The position numbers were made by a program, and so were the translations under genes. 64,000 bases of DNA from Candidatus Anstonellales archaeon. Lineage in GTDB: Archaea > Micrarchaeota > Micrarchaeia > Anstonellales > J096. Below are positions 10,529 to 18,851 of the stretch, one piece after another (the stretch's first letter is position 1; each line of letters begins with the position of its first letter). Below the pieces are notes generated by a model. The model was not told where the DNA came from. It worked only from the letters and a program-made list of their open reading frames with translations, and ran no database searches. Where the stretch lies: NCBI GenBank assembly GCA_038890745.1, contig JAWAFD010000001.1, positions 92,809 to 156,808 of the forward strand. The letters run 5' to 3'.

Positions 10529-11004
10529 ATTTTATACTCCCTTTTCTCCTCTTTTTTACCTTCCTCTTTTTTCTCCTCCTCAATAGGAATTGGTCTTATG
10601 CTTTCCTCCATTTCCTCTTTCTTCTCTCCACTCAACTGATTTTTCATTTCCATGCCAAGAAGCGCGTCGAACTCCATCACAAATTTGTCTGCGGATTTTT
10701 CTGATAGCCCGCACTTCAAGAAAATCTCCCTTAATTTTTTCTTCATCCCAAGGTCAAAGGCAGGTTTGCCTTCATTTATGTTTGCCTCTGCCTTCTCAAG
10801 CAGGTTTGCAAATTCATGAATATCCTCTTTCTTTGCACCCCCCGCATTCAAAGAAGAGAGAATGGCAGCTGCAAATATCTCATACCTCCTTTTTGTTTTT
10901 AGAAGGAGGGATTTTAAGCGGGAGATGTCCCTATCAGAAAGCTTTATACCTACAGTAACCGCATTCACAACCCTTCTCACAAATGATGAGAGCGAATCGA
11001 GCAT
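10525..11004 (-). CDS. Hypothetical protein
   Basis: 159-aa ORF with a 4-bp overlap to the next gene; charged tail. Confidence 0.65.
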   Translation of the reverse strand: MLDSLSSFVRRVVNAVTVGIKLSDRDISRLKSLLLKTKRRYEIFAAAILSSLNAGGAKKEDIHEFANLLEKAEANINEGKPAFDLGMKKKLREIFLKCGLSEKSADKFVMEFDALLGMEMKNQLSGEKKEEMEESIRPIPIEEEKKEEGKKEEKREYKI

Positions 11005-11058
11005 GATTCTGTTTTATTGGTGCGGTTTTTTAAACATTTCCCGATTTTATAAAGAACA

Positions 11059-11210
11059 GGGCCGGTAGCTCAGGCTGGTTAGAGCGATGGTCTTATATGA
11101 CGCGCTCTAATACATTCTAGGAAAGCCATAGGTCATGGGTTCGAAGAACCCTTTTTAGGTTGCCAAGAAAGGCTTCATCCAAAGAAGGTTCGGAAATCCC
11201 ATCCGGCCCA
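11059..11210 (+). tRNA. tRNA-Ile(UAU) with two introns: 37/38 (11098-11123) and 59/60 (11146-11196)
   Basis: Acceptor GGGCCGG/CCGGCCC+A; D arm GCTC..GAGC; anticodon stem ATGGT/GCCAT with loop CT-TAT-A^A; T arm ATGGG-TTCGAA^T-CCCAT. Both introns form bulge-helix-bulge motifs. TATA TTTTATAA upstream. Confidence 0.9.
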
Positions 11211-11212
11211 AA

Positions 11213-12208
11213 TTAATATATATTCTCCCTATTCAGCGGATAGTTTGTAACTATCCTTATGTCATTTACTCGGAGAACACTCTGGCTTATTCTGTTGAAA
11301 CCTATCCCACAACCAGAATGAAGAATCGGCTCTTTCTTTATTAAATTGAGATAGTCAGCAAAATCATCAATACTCTTCCCCCGTTCTTTAAGGATTCTGT
11401 ACATCGGGCTGTTTAGCAATCTCTCAACAAGCCTTTCATAGTTGTTCTCCCTTTCAGCAGAACCAACACTTTCACCACTAAAAGGCATTATCAAATCAGC
11501 GCTGTTCACTATACGGTCATCCTCTTCATTTACCCGCATGTTGAAGAATTTTATCTCCTTTGGGTAGTGTGTGATGAAAAGGGGCCTGCCGCCGAGGGCA
11601 TCAACCAAAAACAACTCATGCTTAGATTTTAAGTCATCCCCCCAGTTTATGTTAAAATCCGGCTTTAAAATCTCGATCGCTTCTGTGTATGTAATCCTGT
11701 TGAATTTTTTTGTGTATTCAAAAACATAGCCGGCATCAATCCCAAGAGAATTAAAATCTTCTTCGTTATTTTTTAGTGCATTCCGTATCATGTTCTTTAC
11801 TAGTTCTTCTATGTGAAAAAGAAGGGACTCAAAATCACCAACGTGCTCAAATTCAAGGAGCGTGAACTGGTTCAGATGCCTTCCATCAACCTCTTGCTCT
11901 GCCCTTGAACTTGTGATCACTGTCCAAACCTTTTTGTGTGATGGAATCTTTGCCTCTAGATAAAGCTGGCCTGTCTGCGCCAAGTATGCCTCCACACCAA
12001 AATGGTCAACGGCATAAAGGGTGTTTACATTCTCACACGCACCTGTTATTTTAGTAAGCGTTGGCACCTCAACCCAACAAAAACCATTCTTTATAAAGTA
12101 CCCGACTGCTCCAGTATACAGGCTGCTGTTTATCCTATCTATACATGCCATCTCTTCAGAATTTATTATCTCGAATCTATTTTTAGTTTCAACAAGCTGC
12201 CCCAACAT
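11213..12208 (-). CDS. AsnRS-like protein lacking the anticodon-binding domain (archaeal-type asparagine synthetase A)
   Basis: Class II motifs YLAQTGQLYLE, SRAE..RHLNQF, GESVGSAERE, GCGIGFNR; 331 aa with no OB domain. Confidence 0.8.
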   Translation of the reverse strand: MLGQLVETKNRFEIINSEEMACIDRINSSLYTGAVGYFIKNGFCWVEVPTLTKITGACENVNTLYAVDHFGVEAYLAQTGQLYLEAKIPSHKKVWTVITSSRAEQEVDGRHLNQFTLLEFEHVGDFESLLFHIEELVKNMIRNALKNNEEDFNSLGIDAGYVFEYTKKFNRITYTEAIEILKPDFNINWGDDLKSKHELFLVDALGGRPLFITHYPKEIKFFNMRVNEEDDRIVNSADLIMPFSGESVGSAERENNYERLVERLLNSPMYRILKERGKSIDDFADYLNLIKKEPILHSGCGIGFNRISQSVLRVNDIRIVTNYPLNRENIY

Positions 12209-12251
12209 CCAACCACCCCTTTCCCTAGCCGCTTATGATATATTTAAAAAT

Positions 12252-12275
12252 TTGTTGTAAAAATATTTACAACAA
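12252..12275. promoter_or_regulatory. Inverted repeat TTGTTGTAAA-N4-TTTACAACAA, probable TrmB-family operator
   Basis: Perfect 10-bp arms between the TATA-like TATTTAAA and the ATG of the regulator. Confidence 0.65.
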
Positions 12276-12276
12276 T

Positions 12277-12999
12277 ATGAAAGTAGAAGAAGTTTTGCAG
12301 AATTGCGGGCTCTCAAAAAATGAGGCAAAGATATACCTCGCCCTTCTTCAACTAGGCTCATCAAAAGCAGGAAAGATCTCAAAGCTGGCGCAGATAGACA
12401 GAACATCTACCTACAACTCGCTTAAGCTTCTAATAGAGAAAGGACTCGCAAGCTATGTGATTGTGGGGAAGGTTAGATGGTTTCAGCCGGCTTCTCCTGA
12501 AAAACTCCTTATACTCACTGATGAAAAAAGAGAAGGGTTAATGAAGGTCATGCCATTTTTGAATGCAGAGTATAAAGAAAAAAAACTTGAGGAGAATGTA
12601 AGGCTTTTTAAAGGATTGAGGGGGATAAGGACCGTTCTTGAAGATATCCTAAACGAAGGAAAACCAAACCTTGTTTTCGGGTCTGAGGGCCAGCTTGAAA
12701 AAAACATGCCTGCCTTTGCCCAAAGGTTTGTGCATATGCTGAAAAAAAGAAAAATAAAGGTAAAAAGTTTGGTGAGGGAAGGAAGGCGGGATGTTTCCTC
12801 AAAAACAGCAGAGGTAAGATTCGTTCCGAAAACAGTAAAATCAAATGTTGTTACGAATATTTACGGAAACAAAATTGCAATAGTGATATGGAGCAAGACA
12901 CCAGAAGCGATACTGATAGAAAACAAAACAGCCGCTGAAGCATACAGAAGCTATTTCTGGTTTATGTGGGAGAGGGCGAAAAGGAAACATGCCCATTAG
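12277..12999 (+). CDS. TrmB-family transcriptional regulator
   Basis: GLSKNEAKIYLALLQLG..RTSTYNSLKLLIEKGL wHTH; C-terminal IYGNKIAI..AEAYRSYFWFMW. Confidence 0.9.
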   Translation: MKVEEVLQNCGLSKNEAKIYLALLQLGSSKAGKISKLAQIDRTSTYNSLKLLIEKGLASYVIVGKVRWFQPASPEKLLILTDEKREGLMKVMPFLNAEYKEKKLEENVRLFKGLRGIRTVLEDILNEGKPNLVFGSEGQLEKNMPAFAQRFVHMLKKRKIKVKSLVREGRRDVSSKTAEVRFVPKTVKSNVVTNIYGNKIAIVIWSKTPEAILIENKTAAEAYRSYFWFMWERAKRKHAH

Positions 13000-13002
13000 T
13001 AT

Positions 13003-13058
13003 TTTTGTTGCCATATGGAAACAAAAATATAGCAATTTTATTTCCATTTGGAAACAAA
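13003..13058. repeat. Palindromic direct repeat A, copy downstream of the ATPase gene
   Basis: Two TTTRTTKCCA-NN-TGGAAACAAA boxes. A 25-bp core (13034-13058) is identical to 14314-14338. Abuts the ATPase stop codon. Confidence 0.85.
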
Positions 13059-14252
13059 TTAAAAAAGAAGACCGAAAATGTAGAGTGGGATTTCATCAGA
13101 TGCAACAGAAAGCGACTCTTTTACAATAAAAGACCACCCACTCCCACTGAGCTGGGAAGCACTTTTGCTTCTTCCCCCTATTTCAAAAATATACCCATCC
13201 ACATAATAATCTGGCACCTTTTTACCAGTTTCTCTGATGTACTGTGCATGCCCTACGTGATGGATGAAAAAGTCTTCTCTCAATGCCCCTTTTTCTATGG
13301 AAACTCCAAAATACTCCCCAAGAGAATTTCTGATGGAAAGCGGGAGCATAACCTTACTCTCTCCCAGTATAGATTTATGCCCACTACCGTGCGGGGGGAG
13401 TAATGTAATCAATCCACTTATGGAGAGTAAGCGCATGAGCTCTATTGTGAACTTTACTGAGCGGCCAATAGAGTTTGCAACCGAATTGTAGCTTATTTCT
13501 CCTGGTTTTGAGGATGCTATAAACTTTAGAAGCCTAAATGCACTATCTATATACCCAGTGTCTATACTTTTTAGGGAAAGAAGATCATGGTACACAACCC
13601 GCTCTATTATTCCTGGGTAAACGTCCTTTCCTTCAAAAAAAGCAGCAGGTAGACCGTAATGGTTGACAAACTCAGGATACAAACTAATGAATGGAGCCAC
13701 CTCCCTTGAAACCTCTACCCGTTCTTCAATAAGTTCCTTTATCGTTCTTTTTCTAAGCAGTGTTTTAGTTTTGAAATAGATATATTCCCGAAATGAAAAT
13801 GGCCTTAGCTCGCTTATACATATTCTCCTTGCTAAGTCCGAGGAGCGTGCAGCGATATCAATTGCAGAGGAACCGGTAATGATGATCTTTGTTCTGCTCT
13901 CATCATAGAAAAGTTTTATATCTTTAGGCCATTCTTTTATGACCTGTATCTCATCTATGCCAAAAGTAGTAAATCCCTGGGTGTATGCATATGAAAGGGT
14001 TTCGTAGAGATCATAACCATGCTTGAGAAGGAACTCTGCATTTATGTACATAGCTTTTTCATATTTCTTTAATATGTGTATGAGCAACGAGGATTTGCCG
14101 ACCCCCCTAAGCCCCTTTATCGCCGAGATAATTTTTTGTTTTTTTATGCTCTCTTCTAACTCCTGCGATGCAGGCCTGAGCACATCCACTGCCTTTTCCC
14201 TACAAACTTTTTCTGAGTAAGATAGGAGTCTCGTGAAATCGTTTTCGTCCAT
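13059..14252 (-). CDS. AAA+ ATPase (AAA_14/DUF4143-like) with wHTH and a C-terminal PD-(D/E)xK-like module
   Basis: Walker A GLRGVGKS, Walker B IDEIQ, ITGSSA, PFSFREY, PDYYV..FEIGG. Confidence 0.88.
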   Translation of the reverse strand: MDENDFTRLLSYSEKVCREKAVDVLRPASQELEESIKKQKIISAIKGLRGVGKSSLLIHILKKYEKAMYINAEFLLKHGYDLYETLSYAYTQGFTTFGIDEIQVIKEWPKDIKLFYDESRTKIIITGSSAIDIAARSSDLARRICISELRPFSFREYIYFKTKTLLRKRTIKELIEERVEVSREVAPFISLYPEFVNHYGLPAAFFEGKDVYPGIIERVVYHDLLSLKSIDTGYIDSAFRLLKFIASSKPGEISYNSVANSIGRSVKFTIELMRLLSISGLITLLPPHGSGHKSILGESKVMLPLSIRNSLGEYFGVSIEKGALREDFFIHHVGHAQYIRETGKKVPDYYVDGYIFEIGGRSKSASQLSGSGWSFIVKESLSVASDEIPLYIFGLLF

Positions 14253-14283
14253 ATAAAAATAATGGGCATTCTGCTTATAAATC

Positions 14284-14338
14284 TTTTGTTTTCTCTAGGA
14301 AATAAAAAACTTAAATTTTATTTCCATTTGGAAACAAA
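14284..14338. repeat. Palindromic direct repeat A, copy upstream of the ATPase TATA box
   Basis: Aligns with 13003-13058 and is adjacent to the TATA (minus-strand TTTATAAG, 14274-14281). Confidence 0.85.
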
Positions 14339-14353
14339 ATCCTGCAAGATGGC

Positions 14354-16735
14354 TCATACCTCCCAGTATTTTCTTGTTTTCAAAAATGTTTTTTGTGCCT
14401 CTATTAGATCAACCCAAAAACCAAACTCATCCTTATGTAGCCTTCTCAATATTCTATCTGCTGTTTTTGCGCCGACACCAAAAACAGTTAAAGCAATGAT
14501 CGCTTTTTTTCCATATGCACGTGTAAGGTTTGCGCGATATTCTAACTCTTCTTTGTCTGCTTTTTCTGAATAAAGGGTCAGAGGAGAACCGCACCTGTGG
14601 CATTTTGGCATTTCCTCAACCCTTAGGATCGTTGTAAATCTTGTCGCCCCGCAATTGACGCAAATAAGTTTTACATCCTGGCTTTCAACAGCATTTTTGA
14701 ACGCCTCTATCCTTGCGCTCTCTGGTAAAAACTCAATAGGAAGAGGCCTGGAGAACCTATCAACAATTTTTATATCTGGAACAAAATCAAAATTAAAATC
14801 AAAATACCTTTTTGCTTCTTTCACTGCCTCCTCATAAACAATCGACCCTTTAAAGAATTTTGCAAGCCTCGGGTTGAATGGCGTGTCCTCTTTCAAAATA
14901 CCAAACCTTCTTGCAACATGCGTGAATTTTATGGAAAAGATAAAGCTATCCTCTATTGATTTTTCTGCGAGAGCCCGGATGTTGTATTTCTTTATTTTAT
15001 GGATGTGCTCGCCAAGAGGAAAGGGAAGCTTTAGAATTATTCTATAAGCATCAGAAATTCCGTTTGCTTGCTCACCTGTAAGTTCCTCCACTGCTTTTTT
15101 TAAACCGGCCAGGATTGCGTTATTTGCGATCGTTCCTTGACAGGAGTAGTATACCAGGATATCTTCCTTCTCTTCTCCAAAAAGCTCTTTACACACTGTT
15201 TGGGCAACTTCTTTACTTACAGGAAGGTCTTCCCCTTTCCATACCGGAACGGTTAGGGCGGCTGAAGAGAGAGGGATTACCTTTATTTCTTCCTCTAAGC
15301 TCGCTACCTGCCACGGTCTTCCTTTTAATATGAATGAATCACCCTCGGATAGTTGGGATGCAAATTTTTCATCTACATGTCCGATTATTGTTCCGGTTTG
15401 AGCTTCTCTGACTGAAAAATATATCTCTTTTGGAATGGTTGAAACATTGTCAAAGTAGTACTTTTTTCCCTTTAAAGTGGCTTTTATTGTTCCATCCTCA
15501 TTTAAAAAAATTACATTATTTTCTTCTAAAAATTGTGCAATAATTTTACTTTTTTCAAATGAAAGAGTATAGATGTGCGATTTCTTGAGAATTTCATGAA
15601 CCTTAGTGAAGGGTATTTTTGAAAAAGCAAGCCCAACTATTTGATGGGCTATAACATCGAGCGGGGAGGTATATTCCTTTTCTTCTTCTATCCACCCTTC
15701 CCTTGCTTTTTTTATTATTCCCTCGCTTTCCTTCCTTTCCTCTTCATTCCTTGCGATTATTATTGCCCTTGAAACCTGCCTTAGGGAATGGCCGCTCCTT
15801 CCCATTCTTTGCAGGAATCTACTCACTTGTCTGGGCGAGCCGATCTGTACTACAAGGTCAACATCCCCTATATCTATTCCTAGTTCAAGGGAAGAGGTTG
15901 CGACAATGGCCTTTAACTCGCCCTTCTTAAACTTTCTTTCAGCCTCTTCTCTAATCTTTCTGGAGAGAGAGCCGTGATGAACAAAAGCAAAATCAGAGAA
16001 TAACGAACCGTAAAGCTCTGCCTCGCTTCTTGTGTTCACAAAAATCATTATTTTCTGTTTTTCTGCGAGCGATCGGACAAATTCTTTTATTTTTTCATCC
16101 CCGTATATTGGCTTTACCTCTGCTTTCCACTCTTTCTCCCCTCCTGAAACAACATCGTAATTTTTTCCGTTGAATATCAACTCTGCTTTTTTTGGGGAGG
16201 AGAGGGTTGCGCTAAGGCCGATGGTTTTGAAGTCTGCAAGCTCAGAAAGCCTGGCAAGCCCAAGGGATAGCTGGCTCCCCCTTTTACTGTCAACAAGCTC
16301 ATGTATCTCATCCACTATAACCCATCCAACATTCCTCAGATGCTCCTTGAATTGTGGAAGAACAAGAAGAATTTGAAGGGTTTCTGGGGTTGTTATGAGC
16401 ACATGTGGCGGGGATTTTGCCTGTTTTGTCTTTATTTTTGCCGGCGTGTCCCCATGCCTAACCTCTATTCTTATTCCGGCAGCATTCCCCCAATAAATAA
16501 GCCTTTCTTCCATATCTCTATTCAGGGCTCTTAATGGGGTTATGTACAGTGCTGAAATGGGTTGCTTCTTTTGGATTGCTATTTGCTCAAAAACAGGCAG
16601 AACCGCGGCCTCTGTTTTTCCTGCTCCTGTAGGTGCTACGATTAAAACATTCCTTCCACTAAGAATAAGCGGGATGGCTTTTTTTTGTACCTCTGTTGGC
16701 TCTTTAAATCTCTCAAGGAATGCTTTTTCTAACAT
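14354..16735 (-). CDS. lhr: Lhr-family DEAD/DEAH helicase with C-terminal Zn ribbon
   Basis: PTEVQ, APTGAGKT, DEIHEL..KRG, LSAT, TSSLELGIDIG, QRMGRSGH, CxxC...CxxC, GVGAKTA. Confidence 0.9.
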   Translation of the reverse strand: MLEKAFLERFKEPTEVQKKAIPLILSGRNVLIVAPTGAGKTEAAVLPVFEQIAIQKKQPISALYITPLRALNRDMEERLIYWGNAAGIRIEVRHGDTPAKIKTKQAKSPPHVLITTPETLQILLVLPQFKEHLRNVGWVIVDEIHELVDSKRGSQLSLGLARLSELADFKTIGLSATLSSPKKAELIFNGKNYDVVSGGEKEWKAEVKPIYGDEKIKEFVRSLAEKQKIMIFVNTRSEAELYGSLFSDFAFVHHGSLSRKIREEAERKFKKGELKAIVATSSLELGIDIGDVDLVVQIGSPRQVSRFLQRMGRSGHSLRQVSRAIIIARNEEERKESEGIIKKAREGWIEEEKEYTSPLDVIAHQIVGLAFSKIPFTKVHEILKKSHIYTLSFEKSKIIAQFLEENNVIFLNEDGTIKATLKGKKYYFDNVSTIPKEIYFSVREAQTGTIIGHVDEKFASQLSEGDSFILKGRPWQVASLEEEIKVIPLSSAALTVPVWKGEDLPVSKEVAQTVCKELFGEEKEDILVYYSCQGTIANNAILAGLKKAVEELTGEQANGISDAYRIILKLPFPLGEHIHKIKKYNIRALAEKSIEDSFIFSIKFTHVARRFGILKEDTPFNPRLAKFFKGSIVYEEAVKEAKRYFDFNFDFVPDIKIVDRFSRPLPIEFLPESARIEAFKNAVESQDVKLICVNCGATRFTTILRVEEMPKCHRCGSPLTLYSEKADKEELEYRANLTRAYGKKAIIALTVFGVGAKTADRILRRLHKDEFGFWVDLIEAQKTFLKTRKYWEV

Positions 16736-16751
16736 AAAAATAAAAAATAAA

Positions 16752-17417
16752 TTATGAGAGAAGCCTCTCTATTGTTCTTTGCTTCTTTTTTGCAATTGTT
16801 GAGATCGTATCCTTCAGCCCAAGCCCTAACGCAAGCCCTGCACCAATAGCAAACGCGATTGCAAACGCCCCGAGCACGATCATGAATGCGTCCTTAAGCA
16901 GGCTTGTATCTGCGGATGGCATGAGCGCAGGAAGGGAAAGGACAACACCATTGTAAACTATGAATACCTCAACAACAATCGCCAATGCATTCGCAAACAT
17001 AACCTTACTCTTGTTTATCCTGTTTGCTATGTAGTCAGCTACAAAAAGGGTTGCGATAAGGAGGATTATTCCCTGCACAGCACTGTGTATGTATCCCAGA
17101 GCACCAAACCCCCACATCTCAAGGGCCGGTACACCGGAAACATCCCCAGCTATCGTCAGTGCAAGCAGGTATATGTAAAGTTTGATGAGTAGGACAACAA
17201 TACCGGTTAGCGTGAAACCAAGTAAGGCATTCTCAAGACCGGCATCTTTTATTCTTTTTTCTACTCTTAGGTTCTCAGAAATTTTCCATACTACCCCTGA
17301 GAATATTCTCTCAACAATCCATGCAACTATAAAAACGAGTAGAATTTTCAGCGCAGCAAAAAATCCGTCCAAAAGCCCAGGCACAACGACATCATACACA
17401 AGTGTTGTCCAATCCAT
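16752..17417 (-). CDS. Multi-pass membrane protein (MscS TM/CmpX-like)
   Basis: About 5 hydrophobic helices; AFAIAFAIGAGLALGLG..KD. Confidence 0.65.
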   Translation of the reverse strand: MDWTTLVYDVVVPGLLDGFFAALKILLVFIVAWIVERIFSGVVWKISENLRVEKRIKDAGLENALLGFTLTGIVVLLIKLYIYLLALTIAGDVSGVPALEMWGFGALGYIHSAVQGIILLIATLFVADYIANRINKSKVMFANALAIVVEVFIVYNGVVLSLPALMPSADTSLLKDAFMIVLGAFAIAFAIGAGLALGLGLKDTISTIAKKKQRTIERLLS

Positions 17418-17455
17418 ATCACCACCGGAATAAAGATGAAAAGAAAGGTTAATAA

Positions 17456-18583
17456 TTATTGTGTTTGGTTCGAGGCAGGGCTTTCAGTAAATGATGCGAT
17501 GCAATCCTGCGAAAGGCTTTTGTTTTCTATCAAGCCGCACATGGTCTGGTTTTTTGTACTGAGCGCTATGGTGTAGAAGCAGTCGTCTTTCATCGGGGGC
17601 TCAAACTTTTCGCAGAGCGCAGGGTCAAATGTGAATGAAACATATCCTGAATAGCATGCTGTTTTGTTCTCAGCGTATTCGCACATGCTCGACATGCGGT
17701 TGTGCACAGCAACAGTAAGGATGCATTTATCTTTTTTATTGGATTGCAAGCATGTAAAGTACTCATCAAATATATTGTAGTGGCGCTGGAATAAATACGA
17801 GAGGCTTGTAAATTCAGTTGGGATGGGCGGAATGTTTGAGGTTTCGTAGTTTGAGTCGACAACCACAAACCCTTCTTCTATGTATTGGCCCGAATAATAG
17901 TAGGAAAACTGCTTTGAGAGCGTCTCCCCGGTTTCTGCTATGCATGAAGTAATGTTTTGTGTTTTTACGATCGAGACGAGCGGGTCTGATGGAGAAAGCC
18001 CAATGGGTTCAAGATCGTTTATGGAGAGTTTTGTGTAATCAACGCTGTATCTAATCAATGTGCATCGTCTTCCATTGATTTCGCTTTCTTCCACAGAATG
18101 CATACTCAACCCACCTCTTTTCTCAAGGAGTTCTAATCTTTTTTTCTCTTTTTCTGCCCTCTCATCAGAAAAAAGCGCTTTCTTGAATCCATCAACTATG
18201 AGCATTTCGTTTGTTTCGTTTGCAATGTCACAGTATCTTTCTCCAGAAAAATCAAAGCAAAGTATTTTCTGGTTCGGTATAACAAAAACCTCCCTTGAAA
18301 TCCCCATTATTGTCTCTTTTATGTAAGCGTTCTCGTTATCCTGTGTTATGAAAAATGTTTTCTCAACATCACCAGATTTTTCCTTGACTGTGAATTGGTA
18401 TGTTGTTTTTCCTTTCATGAACTCAGCTGACTTGAGAAGAAGCTCAAGGTTTTTGTCTGTTTCTGTTTTGTTCTCCTCTTTATGCTCCGGGACTAGAGGC
18501 ATGACTATGTTGTAGACAGCAAAACCAGCAATTAGGATAAACAAAACTACAGCCAATACAATTAACAATTCATTTTTTTTCAT
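17456..18583 (-). CDS. Membrane-anchored exported protein with C-terminal Cys repeats
   Basis: N-terminal TM helix; repeated C-x(~11)-C units (KDKCIL..MCEY..ACY..LCEK..DDCFY..MCGL..QDC). Confidence 0.75.
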   Translation of the reverse strand: MKKNELLIVLAVVLFILIAGFAVYNIVMPLVPEHKEENKTETDKNLELLLKSAEFMKGKTTYQFTVKEKSGDVEKTFFITQDNENAYIKETIMGISREVFVIPNQKILCFDFSGERYCDIANETNEMLIVDGFKKALFSDERAEKEKKRLELLEKRGGLSMHSVEESEINGRRCTLIRYSVDYTKLSINDLEPIGLSPSDPLVSIVKTQNITSCIAETGETLSKQFSYYYSGQYIEEGFVVVDSNYETSNIPPIPTEFTSLSYLFQRHYNIFDEYFTCLQSNKKDKCILTVAVHNRMSSMCEYAENKTACYSGYVSFTFDPALCEKFEPPMKDDCFYTIALSTKNQTMCGLIENKSLSQDCIASFTESPASNQTQ

Positions 18584-18616
18584 AGAATCACCATAGAAAA
18601 GAAAAAGGCCTAAGAA

Positions 18617-18769
18617 CTACCCGCAGCATGTGCATTTCTTTTTACCGGCCTTTTTCTTTTTTGTTTCTTTCTTTTTTGCCATATGTTCAACCTCCATGAG
18701 CGTATCTGGTTCTGGTTTTAACGATTTTTCTTCTTTTCTTCTAAAAATCTTTTTTATAAAATCAAGCAC
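18617..18769 (-). CDS. Small basic protein ending CTCCG (50 aa from GTG, or 21 aa from ATG 18682)
   Basis: MLDFIKKIFRR...MAKKKETKKKKAGKKKCTCCG*. GGAGGT SD before the internal ATG. Not in the ORF track. Confidence 0.5.
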   Translation of the reverse strand: MLDFIKKIFRRKEEKSLKPEPDTLMEVEHMAKKKETKKKKAGKKKCTCCG

Positions 18770-18851
18770 TCCCAAACAAACCCCTGAAATAATTGGGCGG
18801 TTAGGTTTTTAAATATTTATATTCATTCGAGCGCTCTCTCCTCAAATTAAT

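Noticed and set aside
11059..14338. Provirus or integrative element at tRNA-Ile
   Set aside because: No integrase, no duplicated tRNA 3' end and no viral genes seen.
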